A stretch of 62,137 nt of DNA from an uncultured Prevotella sp. (GTDB taxonomy: Bacteria; Bacteroidota; Bacteroidia; Bacteroidales; Bacteroidaceae). The translations under genes and the position numbers were made by a program. The DNA lies in the NCBI GenBank assembly GCA_900769275.1, contig CAAGGA010000125.1, positions 1 through 62,137 on the forward strand. Reading direction: 5' to 3'. Shown here piece after piece: positions 8,766 to 19,106 of the stretch (within the stretch, counting starts at the first letter, position 1; each line of letters opens with the position of its first letter). The notes beneath the pieces are model-generated. The model worked only from the letters and a program-made list of their open reading frames with translations. It searched no databases and was not told the DNA's origin.

Positions 8766-11369
8766 ATGGATGAAACACAGACTATTGACCGTGACAGAAT
8801 AATTCAGGTCAATATTGAGGAAGAGATGCAGACTTCATATATCGACTATTCGATGTCGGTAATCGTGGCGCGTGCTCTCCCTGATGTCCGGGATGGATTC
8901 AAACCGGTTCACAGACGTATTCTTTACGGTATGCTCGGTATCGGCAATACCAGCAACAATCCTTATAAGAAATGTGCACGCGTGGTAGGTGAGGTGCTTG
9001 GAAAATACCATCCTCATGGCGACTCCTCAGTATATGGTGCTCTCGTACGCTTGGCGCAGGATTGGAATATGCGCTATACTCTCGTTGACGGACAGGGTAA
9101 CTTCGGTAGTATTGACGGTGATTCTGCTGCTGCCATGCGATACACGGAGTGCAGGCTTGCCAAGATGGGTGAGCATATCATGGATGACCTGGATAAGAAT
9201 ACGGTGGATATGGCGAATAACTTCGATGATACGCTTCAGGAACCTACCGTAATGCCTACGAAGATACCGAACCTCCTTGTCAACGGTGGCAACGGTATTG
9301 CCGTCGGTATGGCTACCAACATCCCTACGCATAACCTTGGCGAGGTCATAGACGGATGCTGTGCCTATATCGACAATCCAGACATTGATACGGACGGGCT
9401 GATGCAGCATATCAAGGCTCCGGACTTCCCAACGGGCGCATACATATACGGCATTCAGGGAGTGAAGGATGCTTATGAGACCGGTAGGGGACGTATCGTG
9501 ATACGCGCCAAGGCAGAGATAGAGAGCGATGACCTGCATGACAGGATAGTTGTGACAGAGATACCGTACGGTGTCAATAAGCAGCAACTCATAGAATATA
9601 TTGCAGAACTCGTCAAGGAGGGAAAGATTGACGGCATAAGCAATGTCAATGACGAGACCGGACGTCAGGGTATGCGCATCGTAGTGGACGTAAAACGCGA
9701 TGCCAATGCAAATGTCGTGATGAACAAACTGTTCAAGATGACAAACCTGCAGAGTTCTTTCTCCGTGAACTGCATCGCTTTGGTCAAGGGACGTCCTCGA
9801 CTGCTGACGCTGAAGGATTGTGTCAGATACTTTGTGGAGCATCGTCACGACGTCACCATACGCCGCACCAAATTCGAGAAAGCAAAGGCTGAGGCCCGTG
9901 CACATATTCTTGAGGGTCTGATTATTGCTGTAGATAATATAGACGAGGTAGTACGTATAATCCGTGCGTCCAAGAACCCGAGTGATGCTCAGCGTGCCTT
10001 GGAGCTGCGGTTCGAGATTGACGAGATACAGTCCAAGGCGATTGTCGATATGCGACTCTCACAGCTTACCGGACTGCGCGTGGATGAACTTCATGCAGAA
10101 TTCGATGAACTTCAGAAGCAGATAGCATATCTCCAGCAGATACTCGACGACCCGGAATTGTGCAAGAAAGTGATGAAGGACGAACTCCTTGAGGTGAAAG
10201 AGAAATACGGTGATGAACGTCGTACGGAAATCAAGTACACCAGTGAGGAGTTTAATCCCGAGGACTTCTACGCAAATGATGCCATGGTCATCACCATGAG
10301 TCATCTCGGATATATCAAGCGCACTCCTCTCGCTGATTACAAGAGCCAGAGCAAGGGTGGGGTAGGCTCACGCGGAACACGTACCCGTGAGGCAGACTTC
10401 ACGGAGCAGCTCTATGTTGCCAATGCGCACGATATGCTCCTCTTCTTCACGCGCAAGGGACGAGTTCATTGGCTCAAGTGCTATGAGATTCCCGAGGGCG
10501 CGAAAGACTCCAAGGGACGTGCCATACAGAATATGCTCGAATTGGAGATTGGTGATACGGTGAACGCAGTGTTGGGAATACAGAGCCACAAGTTCTCCGA
10601 TGCGGCATTCCTGCAAAGCCACAACGTGGTGTTCGCTACAAGGAACGGTATTGTCAAGAAGACACGACTGGCAGACTATTCCCATGTACGCTCCAAGGGT
10701 GTCATAGCCATCAACATCCTTGAGGGTGACGAGGTAGTGAACGTTGTACTGACAAACGGCAGTGACGAGATAATCCTTGCAAGCCGTAACGGAAAGGCCG
10801 TGAGGTTCAACGAGAATACCATCCGTACCATGGGACGTGTAAGCACAGGAGTGCGCGGAATGAACCTTGCCGCAGACGAAGACCCTGAGAATGTGGTGGT
10901 AGGAATGATTGCTGTCAATGACCCGGACAATGATACTATCATGGTAGTCAGTGACAAGGGTTACGGCAAGCGCACCAAGGTGGAGGATTACCGTATGACC
11001 AACCGCGGAACGAAGGGAGTAAAGACCTTGAATATCACGGAGAAGACAGGTAACCTCCTTGCCATCAACAATGTGCAGGACGATGAGGATCTCATGATAA
11101 TCAACAAGAGCGGTATTACCATCCGCTTCTCTGTGGCAAGCTGCCGTGTGATGAGCCGCGGTACACAGGGTGTCAGACTCATTGACCTCAAGAAGAAGAA
11201 TGACTATATAGCCAGTGTCTGCAAGGTAATGCATTTTGATGATGAAGAAGAGATGATAGAAGAAGGAGACGAGACTCCTGATTCAGAGATTGCAGATACT
11301 CAGACAACTCTGACCTCCGAGGAGGAATCTCCGGAGATGACAGATTCTCCTGATGGCATGACGGAATGA
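8766..11369 (+). CDS. gyrA: DNA gyrase subunit A
   Basis: Motifs [15 protein letters not shown] (catalytic Tyr) and GyrA-box-like QSKGGVG; beta-pinwheel repeats; acidic tail. Confidence 0.98.
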   Translation: MDETQTIDRDRIIQVNIEEEMQTSYIDYSMSVIVARALPDVRDGFKPVHRRILYGMLGIGNTSNNPYKKCARVVGEVLGKYHPHGDSSVYGALVRLAQDWNMRYTLVDGQGNFGSIDGDSAAAMRYTECRLAKMGEHIMDDLDKNTVDMANNFDDTLQEPTVMPTKIPNLLVNGGNGIAVGMATNIPTHNLGEVIDGCCAYIDNPDIDTDGLMQHIKAPDFPTGAYIYGIQGVKDAYETGRGRIVIRAKAEIESDDLHDRIVVTEIPYGVNKQQLIEYIAELVKEGKIDGISNVNDETGRQGMRIVVDVKRDANANVVMNKLFKMTNLQSSFSVNCIALVKGRPRLLTLKDCVRYFVEHRHDVTIRRTKFEKAKAEARAHILEGLIIAVDNIDEVVRIIRASKNPSDAQRALELRFEIDEIQSKAIVDMRLSQLTGLRVDELHAEFDELQKQIAYLQQILDDPELCKKVMKDELLEVKEKYGDERRTEIKYTSEEFNPEDFYANDAMVITMSHLGYIKRTPLADYKSQSKGGVGSRGTRTREADFTEQLYVANAHDMLLFFTRKGRVHWLKCYEIPEGAKDSKGRAIQNMLELEIGDTVNAVLGIQSHKFSDAAFLQSHNVVFATRNGIVKKTRLADYSHVRSKGVIAINILEGDEVVNVVLTNGSDEIILASRNGKAVRFNENTIRTMGRVSTGVRGMNLAADEDPENVVVGMIAVNDPDNDTIMVVSDKGYGKRTKVEDYRMTNRGTKGVKTLNITEKTGNLLAINNVQDDEDLMIINKSGITIRFSVASCRVMSRGTQGVRLIDLKKKNDYIASVCKVMHFDDEEEMIEEGDETPDSEIADTQTTLTSEEESPEMTDSPDGMTE

Positions 11370-11379
11370 CGCAAGTCCA

Positions 11380-11420
11380 TATATGACAGACGGGTAGGTT
11401 CCCGACCCGTCTGTCATATA
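11380..11420 (+). terminator. Strong hairpin after gyrA (terminator or mRNA-stabilising stem)
   Basis: tatatgacagacgggt...acccgtctgtcatata, 16-bp stem; no clear U-tract. Confidence 0.55.
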
Positions 11421-11468
11421 CTAAATACAACTACTTATGAATCATCTATTAACAAAACCTTTATTTTT

Positions 11469-12665
11469 ATGAAAAAGTTGTTTATCACAGCGATGGCGGC
11501 ACTTACAGTAGCCACGTCATTCGCACAGGACATTACAAAGCAGTTGAAAGGCAAGACTTATGACGAGGCTTCCGCCGTTCTCAACGCTGCTCTCTCAGGT
11601 CTCTCTGCCGAGCAGAAGGCAAAGGGTTATGGTATGCTCACGGACATTGCTTACAAGGATGCCTCCGCTGCTTTCGATACATACCAGCTCAACGGAGCGA
11701 CGGGCAAGAACGACCCTGTCAATTTCCAGAGTATCTACAATGCTGTCGAGAGCGCATGTCAGGCTGACATCTACGACAATGAGCCTAACGACAAGGGTAA
11801 GGTAGCACCGAAATTCCACAAGAAGAACCTTGATCGTCTGCAGAACCTCCGCGTGCTCCTTATCGTAGCAGGTCAGGAATGTCAGGAAAAAGAAGACAAT
11901 GACGGCGCAATGAAGTATTTCCGCAGTTATGTCAATTCTTCTAACAGTTCACTCTTCGCAGAGGTGGCAGGTAAGAAAGACCAAAATGCAGGCAACGTGT
12001 CACGTGTGCTGGCTTTCCTCTATGCCCAGAAAGAGGATTACGTGACAGCTCAGAAGTATGCAGAGATAGCCATGGCTGACACTGCCTCCGCAAAGGATTC
12101 CGAGGGTATATATGTCGCAATCCTTGAAAAGCAGTGCAAGACGCATGAGGACTCCCTGAATTTCATTGAGAAACTCAAGGAGATAGATTCTGAGAAGTAT
12201 TTCCCAAACATTGCATCCCTCTATGACCGTCTCGGTGAGAAAGAGAAAGCTACAAAGTTGCTTGACGATATCATCGCCGTCAATCCGAAGAATAAGATGG
12301 CGTGGGCAATCAAGGGTGAGAATGCCATGAATGCACGTGACTGGGATGGTGCTATCGCTGCATTCAAGAAGACTGTGGAGATAGACCCGGATTTCACTGC
12401 CGTATGGTTCAACCTCGGTGTATGTGCAAGTTCCAAGGGTTTTGACCTCAATGAGCAGCTCAGCAACAACGGCAGGATAACGACAGAGAATGCTGCCAAG
12501 GTCAAGGCAGTCCTCACAGAGGCCAAGGATTACTATGAGAAGGTTCAGCAATTAGATCCCGATCGCAAGGTTATCTCCAACTGGCCTTATCAACTCCGTA
12601 TGATATACAATGCCATCGGTGAGACGGAAAAGGCAGAAGCAATCACCAAGATGCTTGGTGAATAA
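11469..12665 (+). CDS. Secreted tetratricopeptide repeat protein
   Basis: Signal peptide; TPR motifs such as AIAAFKKTVEIDPDFTAVWFNLG; usual position after gyrA in Bacteroidales. Confidence 0.85.
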   Translation: MKKLFITAMAALTVATSFAQDITKQLKGKTYDEASAVLNAALSGLSAEQKAKGYGMLTDIAYKDASAAFDTYQLNGATGKNDPVNFQSIYNAVESACQADIYDNEPNDKGKVAPKFHKKNLDRLQNLRVLLIVAGQECQEKEDNDGAMKYFRSYVNSSNSSLFAEVAGKKDQNAGNVSRVLAFLYAQKEDYVTAQKYAEIAMADTASAKDSEGIYVAILEKQCKTHEDSLNFIEKLKEIDSEKYFPNIASLYDRLGEKEKATKLLDDIIAVNPKNKMAWAIKGENAMNARDWDGAIAAFKKTVEIDPDFTAVWFNLGVCASSKGFDLNEQLSNNGRITTENAAKVKAVLTEAKDYYEKVQQLDPDRKVISNWPYQLRMIYNAIGETEKAEAITKMLGE

Positions 12666-12743
12666 ACGGAATGGTGGGGAATTTATATATCCCTAAGTTC
12701 TCCAGATAGTTCCACCCCCTCTTCGCTTTTTGTCAGATGAGGG

Positions 12744-12786
12744 TATAAAAAAATCTCTCCTCAAAATTGAGGAGAGATTTTTTATA
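12744..12786. terminator. Bidirectional intrinsic terminator
   Basis: tataaaaaaatctctcctcaa-aa-ttgaggagagattttttata; A/T tracts on both sides, between convergent genes. Confidence 0.85.
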
Positions 12787-12873
12787 CCGTTTCCGGTTTA
12801 TGATAATAGAATCCACCCGTATGAACGATGAAATGGATACGTCATACGTTTTGTGTGGTCTGCGGAATGATAA

Positions 12874-13037
12874 ACTCAAATCGGCCATTAGACTATTATG
12901 CGCTAACAAACTTTCTTTTTGTCATCTGCCTTTCCGTTTTTCGGTTACAATGGAATCCTATTGCGCCCTCAAAACGTAGAGACATCTGTTCAAAAACAAG
13001 AGTTGTTATCATCATAACGCTAATGGCCGATTTGGGA
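12874..13037 (-). mobile_element. 164-bp MITE, copy 1 (opposite orientation to copies 2 and 3)
   Basis: TIRs actcaaatcggccattag / ctaatggccgatttggga; near-identical to the reverse complement of 50642-50805 and 60474-60637. Confidence 0.85.
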
Positions 13038-13058
13038 TAATGGGATTCCGCAAAAGAC

Positions 13059-13589
13059 TTATTTGACGGCGATGCACTCTATCTCTATTCTGGCATTCTT
13101 CGGCAGAGTCTTGACAGCAACAGCGGAACGTGCTGGGAAAGGTGCTTCGAAAAACTCTGCATATACTTCGTTCATCTCTGCGAAATCTGACATGTCAGCA
13201 AGGAAAACTCCGGTTTTTACTATATGTGACATATCTGTGCCGGCTGCTTCAAGAATGTTCTTGATGTTCGTGAGTGACTGGCGGGTAAGTTCCTTGATTC
13301 CTCCTTCGGCAAAGTTGCCTGTGGCAGGGTCAATGGGAAGCTGCCCTGATACGTAGATTGTATTTCCGGCTTCTATGGCCTGACTGTATGGACCTATGGC
13401 TGCCGGTGCGTTTGGGGTTGTGATTTGCTTTTTCATAGTGATGTTATTGTCTTGAGATTTGGTATGTCTGTCTGTCGAAATGATATTTGCTTTCCTGCTC
13501 GGTGCATGGCTTTTCAATTTCTTGGAAATCCAAAGAGCCTTTTTCCTTTCGTATTCTTCTCGGTGATATTCAAGATAGTTGTCTGCCAT
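13059..13589 (-). CDS. ridA: RidA/YjgF family protein (domain starts MKKQITT at 13436) with an in-frame upstream MADNYLE segment
   Basis: Motifs APAAIGPYSQA, VSGQLPIDP and FPARSAVAVKTLP..IEIECIA. Confidence 0.85.
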   Translation of the reverse strand: MADNYLEYHREEYERKKALWISKKLKSHAPSRKANIISTDRHTKSQDNNITMKKQITTPNAPAAIGPYSQAIEAGNTIYVSGQLPIDPATGNFAEGGIKELTRQSLTNIKNILEAAGTDMSHIVKTGVFLADMSDFAEMNEVYAEFFEAPFPARSAVAVKTLPKNARIEIECIAVK

Positions 13590-13595
13590 TTGCTT

Positions 13596-13755
13596 AGGTA
13601 GGAGTGCAGAATTGTTTATTAATGATTATATTGGGTAGTGATGCAGTGTCAGAATGTGACATAAAGGAGTATGGCGATTTTACTCGACTGCTGTCACGTG
13701 CTGATAATGTGCAGTAGGCTGTGCAAGGATTATATAAAAACCTGCACACCTACTT
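13596..13755. repeat. GTAG REP/MITE-like element E1, overlapping the stop codon of the DUF4270-like gene
   Basis: Ends ggtaggagtgca / tgcacacctact; internal hairpin 13713-13754; homologous to 15242-15474. Confidence 0.65.
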
Positions 13756-15237
13756 GTCGTATGAACTATATATGACACTCATTTTAATATTGCTGTCACT
13801 ATCGAATCCCGGAACGAGACGCGTGCTTGTCAATGACATGTCGTGACTGACGCGTGACAGCACGGAGGAACCGTTGACAGTGCTGTAACTGGTCTCTACG
13901 GGAACAATGATAGCCTTGTTCCAATCAGGGAAGAGTGATGCATATTCAGCGTCTGACATAAGAGGATGAGACGATAGGTAATCCTTCTTTTTCTTTGACA
14001 TGAATGTCAGGATACTTGCAATATTTCCGAATGTATAGCCGTTGGCACTGGAATCATACGTGGTAAGGAATGATTTGCGATAGTCTGCCACCTCTCTGTT
14101 GGCGAAGAATGATTCGAATTCTTCGGCAGGAAGGAGAAGAAGTGTCTGCGGAATGGGCAAATCAAAGGGTTTCAGACTATTGTTGTTGATTCGTGATATG
14201 AATATACGGGCGGTGTTAAGTGTATCGGACTCATGTCCTTCCTCAACATCATCAACGGGGAGAGTCAATTTGGTATATAGACCGGATGGGGTCTTCAGAT
14301 ATGTACAGTTCTTGTCGTTTGCAAGCGTTTCGAGAATGCTGCGGTCTTGGATAATCTGTGTTTTCTGTATTACCTCCTCGGTGCCGGAGAAACAACTTAT
14401 TCCGGCATATACCGTGTCCTTTGTTTCTGTATCTGTGGTTTTCTCCCCGAGATACTTGAAATATATATTGAGTTGGGTGATGGCAATATTCGCCATTGAA
14501 CCGATACCGTTCGTTGACTCGATGTAGAATCCCGGGCATACGTTATTGGTAAAGGCAAGCGGATTTGCAAAATACTTTGGGTTCTCATAGTACTTGCGCA
14601 TGACATAGGTACCATAATTGTTGTATGTATTGCCGTCCTTGTCGGTATAGGGTTGGTTCAGCGGTATGAGGATGGATTTGTATGTGCCGCTGTTCCTGTC
14701 CTCTTCTGGTATGGAGAGGTCAAGTAATGAGTATGTGACAGACTTTTTCAGACCATTGTCACGGAGATAGCCGTTCTCTCTTGGAGAGAATGAAGAATAA
14801 TAGGTTTCCTTTTCGCTCATGGGGCGTGTCATCTCGTTCAAGGTACATTTCATGGCACATGTAGAGTCCCCGTATGAGTTTATGTAGAATAGGACGACTT
14901 CACAACTGTCAGCCGCAGGGTTTCCGTCTTTGTCCAATGACAGCAATTTGTCAATCTGTGGATATTCGTAGTTGTCAAGAGGTCTGAACTGTGTAGTATA
15001 GTTTCCTGTAATATAGGCTCCAGTCTCAGGATCCTTTATTCTGCCAAGGTATCCAGTGTTGGATCTTGATATGACAGAGTCAACCAGTACCGTCTCTGAT
15101 GCTATGTCAAATACCTTGGCACTGACATTGATGTTGTCATTTATATCAGTCAGTGAACTACCGATGCTTTCCGTAGTATCATCGCATGATATGGATATAA
15201 ATGGAAGCGCAAGAAGAGGCAATAGTATCTTTTTCAT
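13750..15237 (-). CDS. DUF4270-like lipoprotein
   Basis: Lipobox SISC-DD; motifs YLGRIKDPETG and TYLKTPSGLYT; usual position after the glycogen synthase-like gene. Confidence 0.75.
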   Translation of the reverse strand: MKKILLPLLALPFISISCDDTTESIGSSLTDINDNINVSAKVFDIASETVLVDSVISRSNTGYLGRIKDPETGAYITGNYTTQFRPLDNYEYPQIDKLLSLDKDGNPAADSCEVVLFYINSYGDSTCAMKCTLNEMTRPMSEKETYYSSFSPRENGYLRDNGLKKSVTYSLLDLSIPEEDRNSGTYKSILIPLNQPYTDKDGNTYNNYGTYVMRKYYENPKYFANPLAFTNNVCPGFYIESTNGIGSMANIAITQLNIYFKYLGEKTTDTETKDTVYAGISCFSGTEEVIQKTQIIQDRSILETLANDKNCTYLKTPSGLYTKLTLPVDDVEEGHESDTLNTARIFISRINNNSLKPFDLPIPQTLLLLPAEEFESFFANREVADYRKSFLTTYDSSANGYTFGNIASILTFMSKKKKDYLSSHPLMSDAEYASLFPDWNKAIIVPVETSYSTVNGSSVLSRVSHDMSLTSTRLVPGFDSDSNIKMSVIYSSYDK

Positions 15238-15241
15238 TGAT

Positions 15242-15474
15242 AAGTAGGTGTGCATAATTAGTTTTACAATGATAGTATTGTATAGTGATGCAGGATTAGT
15301 ATATGGTTGTGGGTTAATAATGCTTGGCTGATGGAGGAGTTCTCCAAAGTTGAGACTAACCTATCCAAAAACCGACGACCTAAGACTCCAAACCAGATTA
15401 TCGACTGTTATCATGTACTGACAGCGCACCGTAGGCAGTGCAGGAGTTATATAAATCATTTCGCATGCCTACTT
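15242..15474. repeat. GTAG REP/MITE-like element E2
   Basis: Ends aagtaggtgtgca / cgcatgcctactt; shares about 50 bp at the left and about 75 bp at the right with E1. Confidence 0.65.
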
Positions 15475-15635
15475 AATGTGTATATAAAAAAGATTTCACG
15501 CACATCAAGTCGTATGTATGGAGAGAGAGTAACGTCTGAACCCTGCTTGCGGAAGACGACCATGCTTTTGGTATGGCATGATTGTATGCGGAAATCATGG
15601 AAACCAGAGGTCTTTATGATGCAGACTTGGGATTG

Positions 15636-16424
15636 TCACTGGAACAGGGAATCGTAGAATTTGATATACGATTCACCGAAATCTTCACCCCTATAGGGAA
15701 GGTATCTTGCGTCTGACTCTTCCGCTATTTTCAATACTTCTTCATTTATTCCTTCCGAGGCCGCTATTACACCGTCAGAGTTGTCTATTGCGATGCGTGC
15801 AAGATCAGTGTTGGTAAACACATCATTATAGTCCGCAAGGCTTTCTACGGTGATGTTCTTGAAAGCTATACGTTGCTTTATATCATTCTCTAACGGTGCG
15901 TCTGGTTCATCAGAGAAGAGTGAGGTGATTATTTTGGAATTGTTTACGGCAGGCTCATCCTTATATGCCCGCTTTATATATAGGGGCACCAGATAACTCA
16001 TCCATCCCTGACAATGGATTATATCGGGAGACCACCTAAGTTTCTTCATGGTCTCAATTACGCCTCGTGCAAAAAATATTGCTCTTTCGGCACAATCCTG
16101 TGTGACAGCACTTTCTTTCCTGCTTTTATAGAAATATTCTTCATTGTCTATGAAATAGACTTGTATCTTGGTCTGGGGAATGCTTGCAACCTTAATTATA
16201 AGAGGATGGTCTGTTTCATTTATGACAATATTCATTCCTGACAGGCGTTGAACTTCGTGCAATTGTCCGCGACGCTCGTTGATATCACCCCATTTCGGCA
16301 TGAAAGTTCTTATTTCACATCCGTGGTCTTGTGCGTTCTGGGGGGCTTTACGTCCCATGATGGATAGGTGTGACTCTGCGGTGTAAGGAGCAATCTCGTG
16401 GTTAATGAACAATATTTTTTTCAT
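15636..16424 (-). CDS. Glycogen/starch synthase-like protein (short, GT5 N-terminal domain only)
   Basis: Motifs EIRTFMPKWGDINERRGQLHEV.RLSGMN and WSPDIIHCQGWM. Confidence 0.85.
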   Translation of the reverse strand: MKKILFINHEIAPYTAESHLSIMGRKAPQNAQDHGCEIRTFMPKWGDINERRGQLHEVQRLSGMNIVINETDHPLIIKVASIPQTKIQVYFIDNEEYFYKSRKESAVTQDCAERAIFFARGVIETMKKLRWSPDIIHCQGWMSYLVPLYIKRAYKDEPAVNNSKIITSLFSDEPDAPLENDIKQRIAFKNITVESLADYNDVFTNTDLARIAIDNSDGVIAASEGINEEVLKIAEESDARYLPYRGEDFGESYIKFYDSLFQ

Positions 16425-16814
16425 TTTTGCATTTTCTGAGTGGCCTGACAGTTCATCATAGCATTGCGCAGTGCTTATTCAGATGAAAGCCATTGCCTGT
16501 GATTGATATCAATAAACTTTGTGCAAAGTTACAAAAAAAACAGGGAAAAACCGCAAAAAGTGTGTGAGTTTACAGTTAATTAACGGAAATCACACGCCTT
16601 TTACGGCTTTTCCCCGATATGTTTGTATGGTCGGGTCGATGTTTTGGTTGGAAATTCCTGATTTATGCTGTAGCTGCATGGTTGCGGAAAATACGTTTGG
16701 AGACGTTAGTGTAACTTCCTTTGTGGAAGATACCGAAAGCCTTTACCGACCTCCGATTAACCGCATTTCCGAATACTCTGAATGATTGTAGCCTGCACGA
16801 CAGCAATCTTTCCT

Positions 16815-17225
16815 CTATTCGAAAGTGATAAGTGGGGTATTTTCCTTGACCACATCTCCCTCCTCTATGAGTATGGACTTTACCTTGCCATCTCTTTCTG
16901 CGGTAAGGTTGTTGTTCATTTTCATAGCTTCAAGAATGACGAGAGTGTCCCCCTCCTTTACTTCCTGACCGACTTCGACATTAATATCTACGATAGTTCC
17001 TGGAAGTGGGGAGCAAAGAGCATCCTGTAGTTCATTGCTTTCACCGCTTTTCGCTGCAGGTACAGGTTTTACTACTATTTTCTTCTTTTCCTGTATGGGT
17101 TCTTTCTCACGAACTACACTATATGACTCACCGTTTACTGTAACCTCTATAGTGCCGTCAGCGGACTGACTGCTTATTGTGACAGCATAAGGCTTGCCGT
17201 TAATCTGATATTTGTATTCTTTCAT
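16815..17225 (-). CDS. Biotin carboxyl carrier protein
   Basis: Motifs SPLPG and EAMKM (biotinylation site); start MKEYKYQING. Confidence 0.9.
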   Translation of the reverse strand: MKEYKYQINGKPYAVTISSQSADGTIEVTVNGESYSVVREKEPIQEKKKIVVKPVPAAKSGESNELQDALCSPLPGTIVDINVEVGQEVKEGDTLVILEAMKMNNNLTAERDGKVKSILIEEGDVVKENTPLITFE

Positions 17226-17227
17226 TT

Positions 17228-17380
17228 TCAAATAGTTATTCCTGTCATCTTCACTACCTTGGATGTCCATTCGGTATCATGTGACTGGATGGTAAGCATC
17301 CCCGACTCGTTATCATGCATATTATATCCGAGGTTGTCATGCAGTGCCATGGCAATGGCTGCATATATTTCTTTCTCCAT
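17228..17380 (-). CDS. Small 50-aa decarboxylase delta/OadG-like subunit (not in the ORF track)
   Basis: Translated by hand: MEKEIYAAIAMALHDNLGYNMHDNESGMLTIQSHDTEWTSKVVKMTGITI; AAIAMAL/HDxES motif; sits between the carboxyltransferase and biotin carrier genes. Confidence 0.75.
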   Translation of the reverse strand: MEKEIYAAIAMALHDNLGYNMHDNESGMLTIQSHDTEWTSKVVKMTGITI

Positions 17381-17454
17381 TCTGTCTAATGTGCTTGAAA
17401 TTAAACTCTTGAGCTTGATGCCTTAGGTCTCGGGCAAAAGGGCTGCATACATTA

Positions 17455-19020
17455 TTACATTGGAATGCATCCATGTTTCTTTGCCGGGAGACTCTGACGC
17501 TTGGTGGCAAGCTGAGCGAGGGCACGACAGATGCGGAATCGCGTATTACGAGGTTCTATGACATCATCAATGTAGCCATATTTTGCAGCCTGATATGGAT
17601 TGGCGAACAATTCAGAATACTCGTCTTCCTTTTCCTTGAGGAATGCCTGTACGTCGCCACCCTCTTCTTTGACCTGTTTTGCTGCTTTCGCCTGTAGGAC
17701 TGCTACGGCACCGGCAGAACCCATTACGGCAATCTCTGCAGAAGGCCATGCGAAATTGATGTCAGCGCGAAGCTGCTTGCATCCCATTACGATATGAGAG
17801 CCACCGTATGACTTGCGCAGAGTAACGGTAACCTTTGGCACTGTGGCCTCACCGTAGGCATAAAGCAATTTTGCACCATGGAGGATTACTGCATTGTATT
17901 CCTGTCCTGTTCCCGGAAGGAAGCCCGGTACATCCACAAGGCTGACAATCGGAATGTTGAATGCGTCACAGAAACGTACAAAACGTGCTCCTTTACGACT
18001 CGCATTTACATCAAGTACGCCTGCGTATGCAGAGGGTTGGTTGGCAACAATGCCGACAGACTGACCGTTGAACCGGGCGAAACCTACTATAATGTTCTTG
18101 GCAAATTTGGGTTGCACCTCAAAGAACTCTCCGTTATCGGTAATGGCAGCAATGACCTTATACATATCGTATGCCTGATTGGGATCCTCGGGAATAATCT
18201 CATTGAGAGAGTCATCGAGACGATCTACAGGGTCAGTGCATTCTGTACGTGGTGATTCCTCCATGTTGTTTGAAGGAATATAGGAAATGAGGGTCTTAAT
18301 CATCTCAATTCCTTCTTCTTCTGTCTTTGCGGTAAAGTGGGTCACACCAGACTTTGAAGCATGGACGCTTGCGCCACCAAGATGTTCTGCGTCCACATTT
18401 TCACCTGTTACGGTCTTTACCACTGCAGGACCTGTGAGGAACATATATGACGTTCCCTCCATCATCATCGTGAAATCGGTAAGAGCAGGGGAGTACACTG
18501 CACCTCCGGCACATGGACCATATATCATTGATATCTGAGGTACGACACCGGAAGCGAGGATGTTACGTTCAAATATCTCTCCATATCCTGCCAGAGCATC
18601 TATTCCCTCTTGGATGCGGGCACCTCCTGAATCATTGATGCCGATGACGGGGGCACCCATTGTCATTGCCATATCCATCACCTTGCATATCTTCTCGGAC
18701 ATAGTCTTTGACAGAGAACCGCCGTTTACTGTAAAATCTTGAGCGAAGACATAGACGAGGCGTCCGCTTATCGTTCCTGAGCCTACAACGACACCGTCGC
18801 CGAGGTATTGTTTCTTCTCCATACCGAAGTTTGTGCAACGGTGGAGCTTGAACATATCGTATTCTTCAAACGATCCTTCGTCGAGGAGCATGTTTATACG
18901 TTCGCGCGCTGTATATTTGCCTCGTGCGTGCTGTTTTTCAATTGCTTTCTCTCCTCCACCGAGACGTGCCTGTTCACGTTTTTGGAGAAGCTGCTTGATT
19001 TTTTCTACTTGTTCAGACAT
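17455..19020 (-). CDS. Acyl-CoA carboxyltransferase (methylmalonyl-CoA decarboxylase alpha / propionyl-CoA carboxylase beta type)
   Basis: Motifs DSGGARIQEG, GPCAGGAVYSPALTDF, DVPGFLPG and KKHGCIPM. Confidence 0.92.
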   Translation of the reverse strand: MSEQVEKIKQLLQKREQARLGGGEKAIEKQHARGKYTARERINMLLDEGSFEEYDMFKLHRCTNFGMEKKQYLGDGVVVGSGTISGRLVYVFAQDFTVNGGSLSKTMSEKICKVMDMAMTMGAPVIGINDSGGARIQEGIDALAGYGEIFERNILASGVVPQISMIYGPCAGGAVYSPALTDFTMMMEGTSYMFLTGPAVVKTVTGENVDAEHLGGASVHASKSGVTHFTAKTEEEGIEMIKTLISYIPSNNMEESPRTECTDPVDRLDDSLNEIIPEDPNQAYDMYKVIAAITDNGEFFEVQPKFAKNIIVGFARFNGQSVGIVANQPSAYAGVLDVNASRKGARFVRFCDAFNIPIVSLVDVPGFLPGTGQEYNAVILHGAKLLYAYGEATVPKVTVTLRKSYGGSHIVMGCKQLRADINFAWPSAEIAVMGSAGAVAVLQAKAAKQVKEEGGDVQAFLKEKEDEYSELFANPYQAAKYGYIDDVIEPRNTRFRICRALAQLATKRQSLPAKKHGCIPM

Positions 19021-19106
19021 TTTATTGCTTGTTACGTTTTTCTGTACTTTACGTCAGGCATTCAGCCCAAACGCATGATACTTTTTTGCTTTCTATAGGA
19101 AGATTT

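Noticed and set aside
9027..11234. Long antisense ORFs inside gyrA (292 and 288 aa), and similar ones in uvrB, pyrB, nadC and the YhcG gene
   Set aside because: Shadow ORFs on the reverse strand of well-supported genes, with no recognisable motifs
12767..13040. 70-aa ORFs here and similar short ORFs at 50770-50982 and 60400-60615
   Set aside because: They are translations of the terminator and MITE sequence in inconsistent frames and strands
15307..15657. 116-aa plus-strand ORF in the intergenic gap
   Set aside because: TTG start, antisense to the operon, overlaps repeat E2, no motifs
15636..16424. Glycogen synthase as a truncated pseudogene
   Set aside because: The short form next to a DUF4270-like gene is, from recall, the normal Bacteroidetes arrangement, and the ORF is intact
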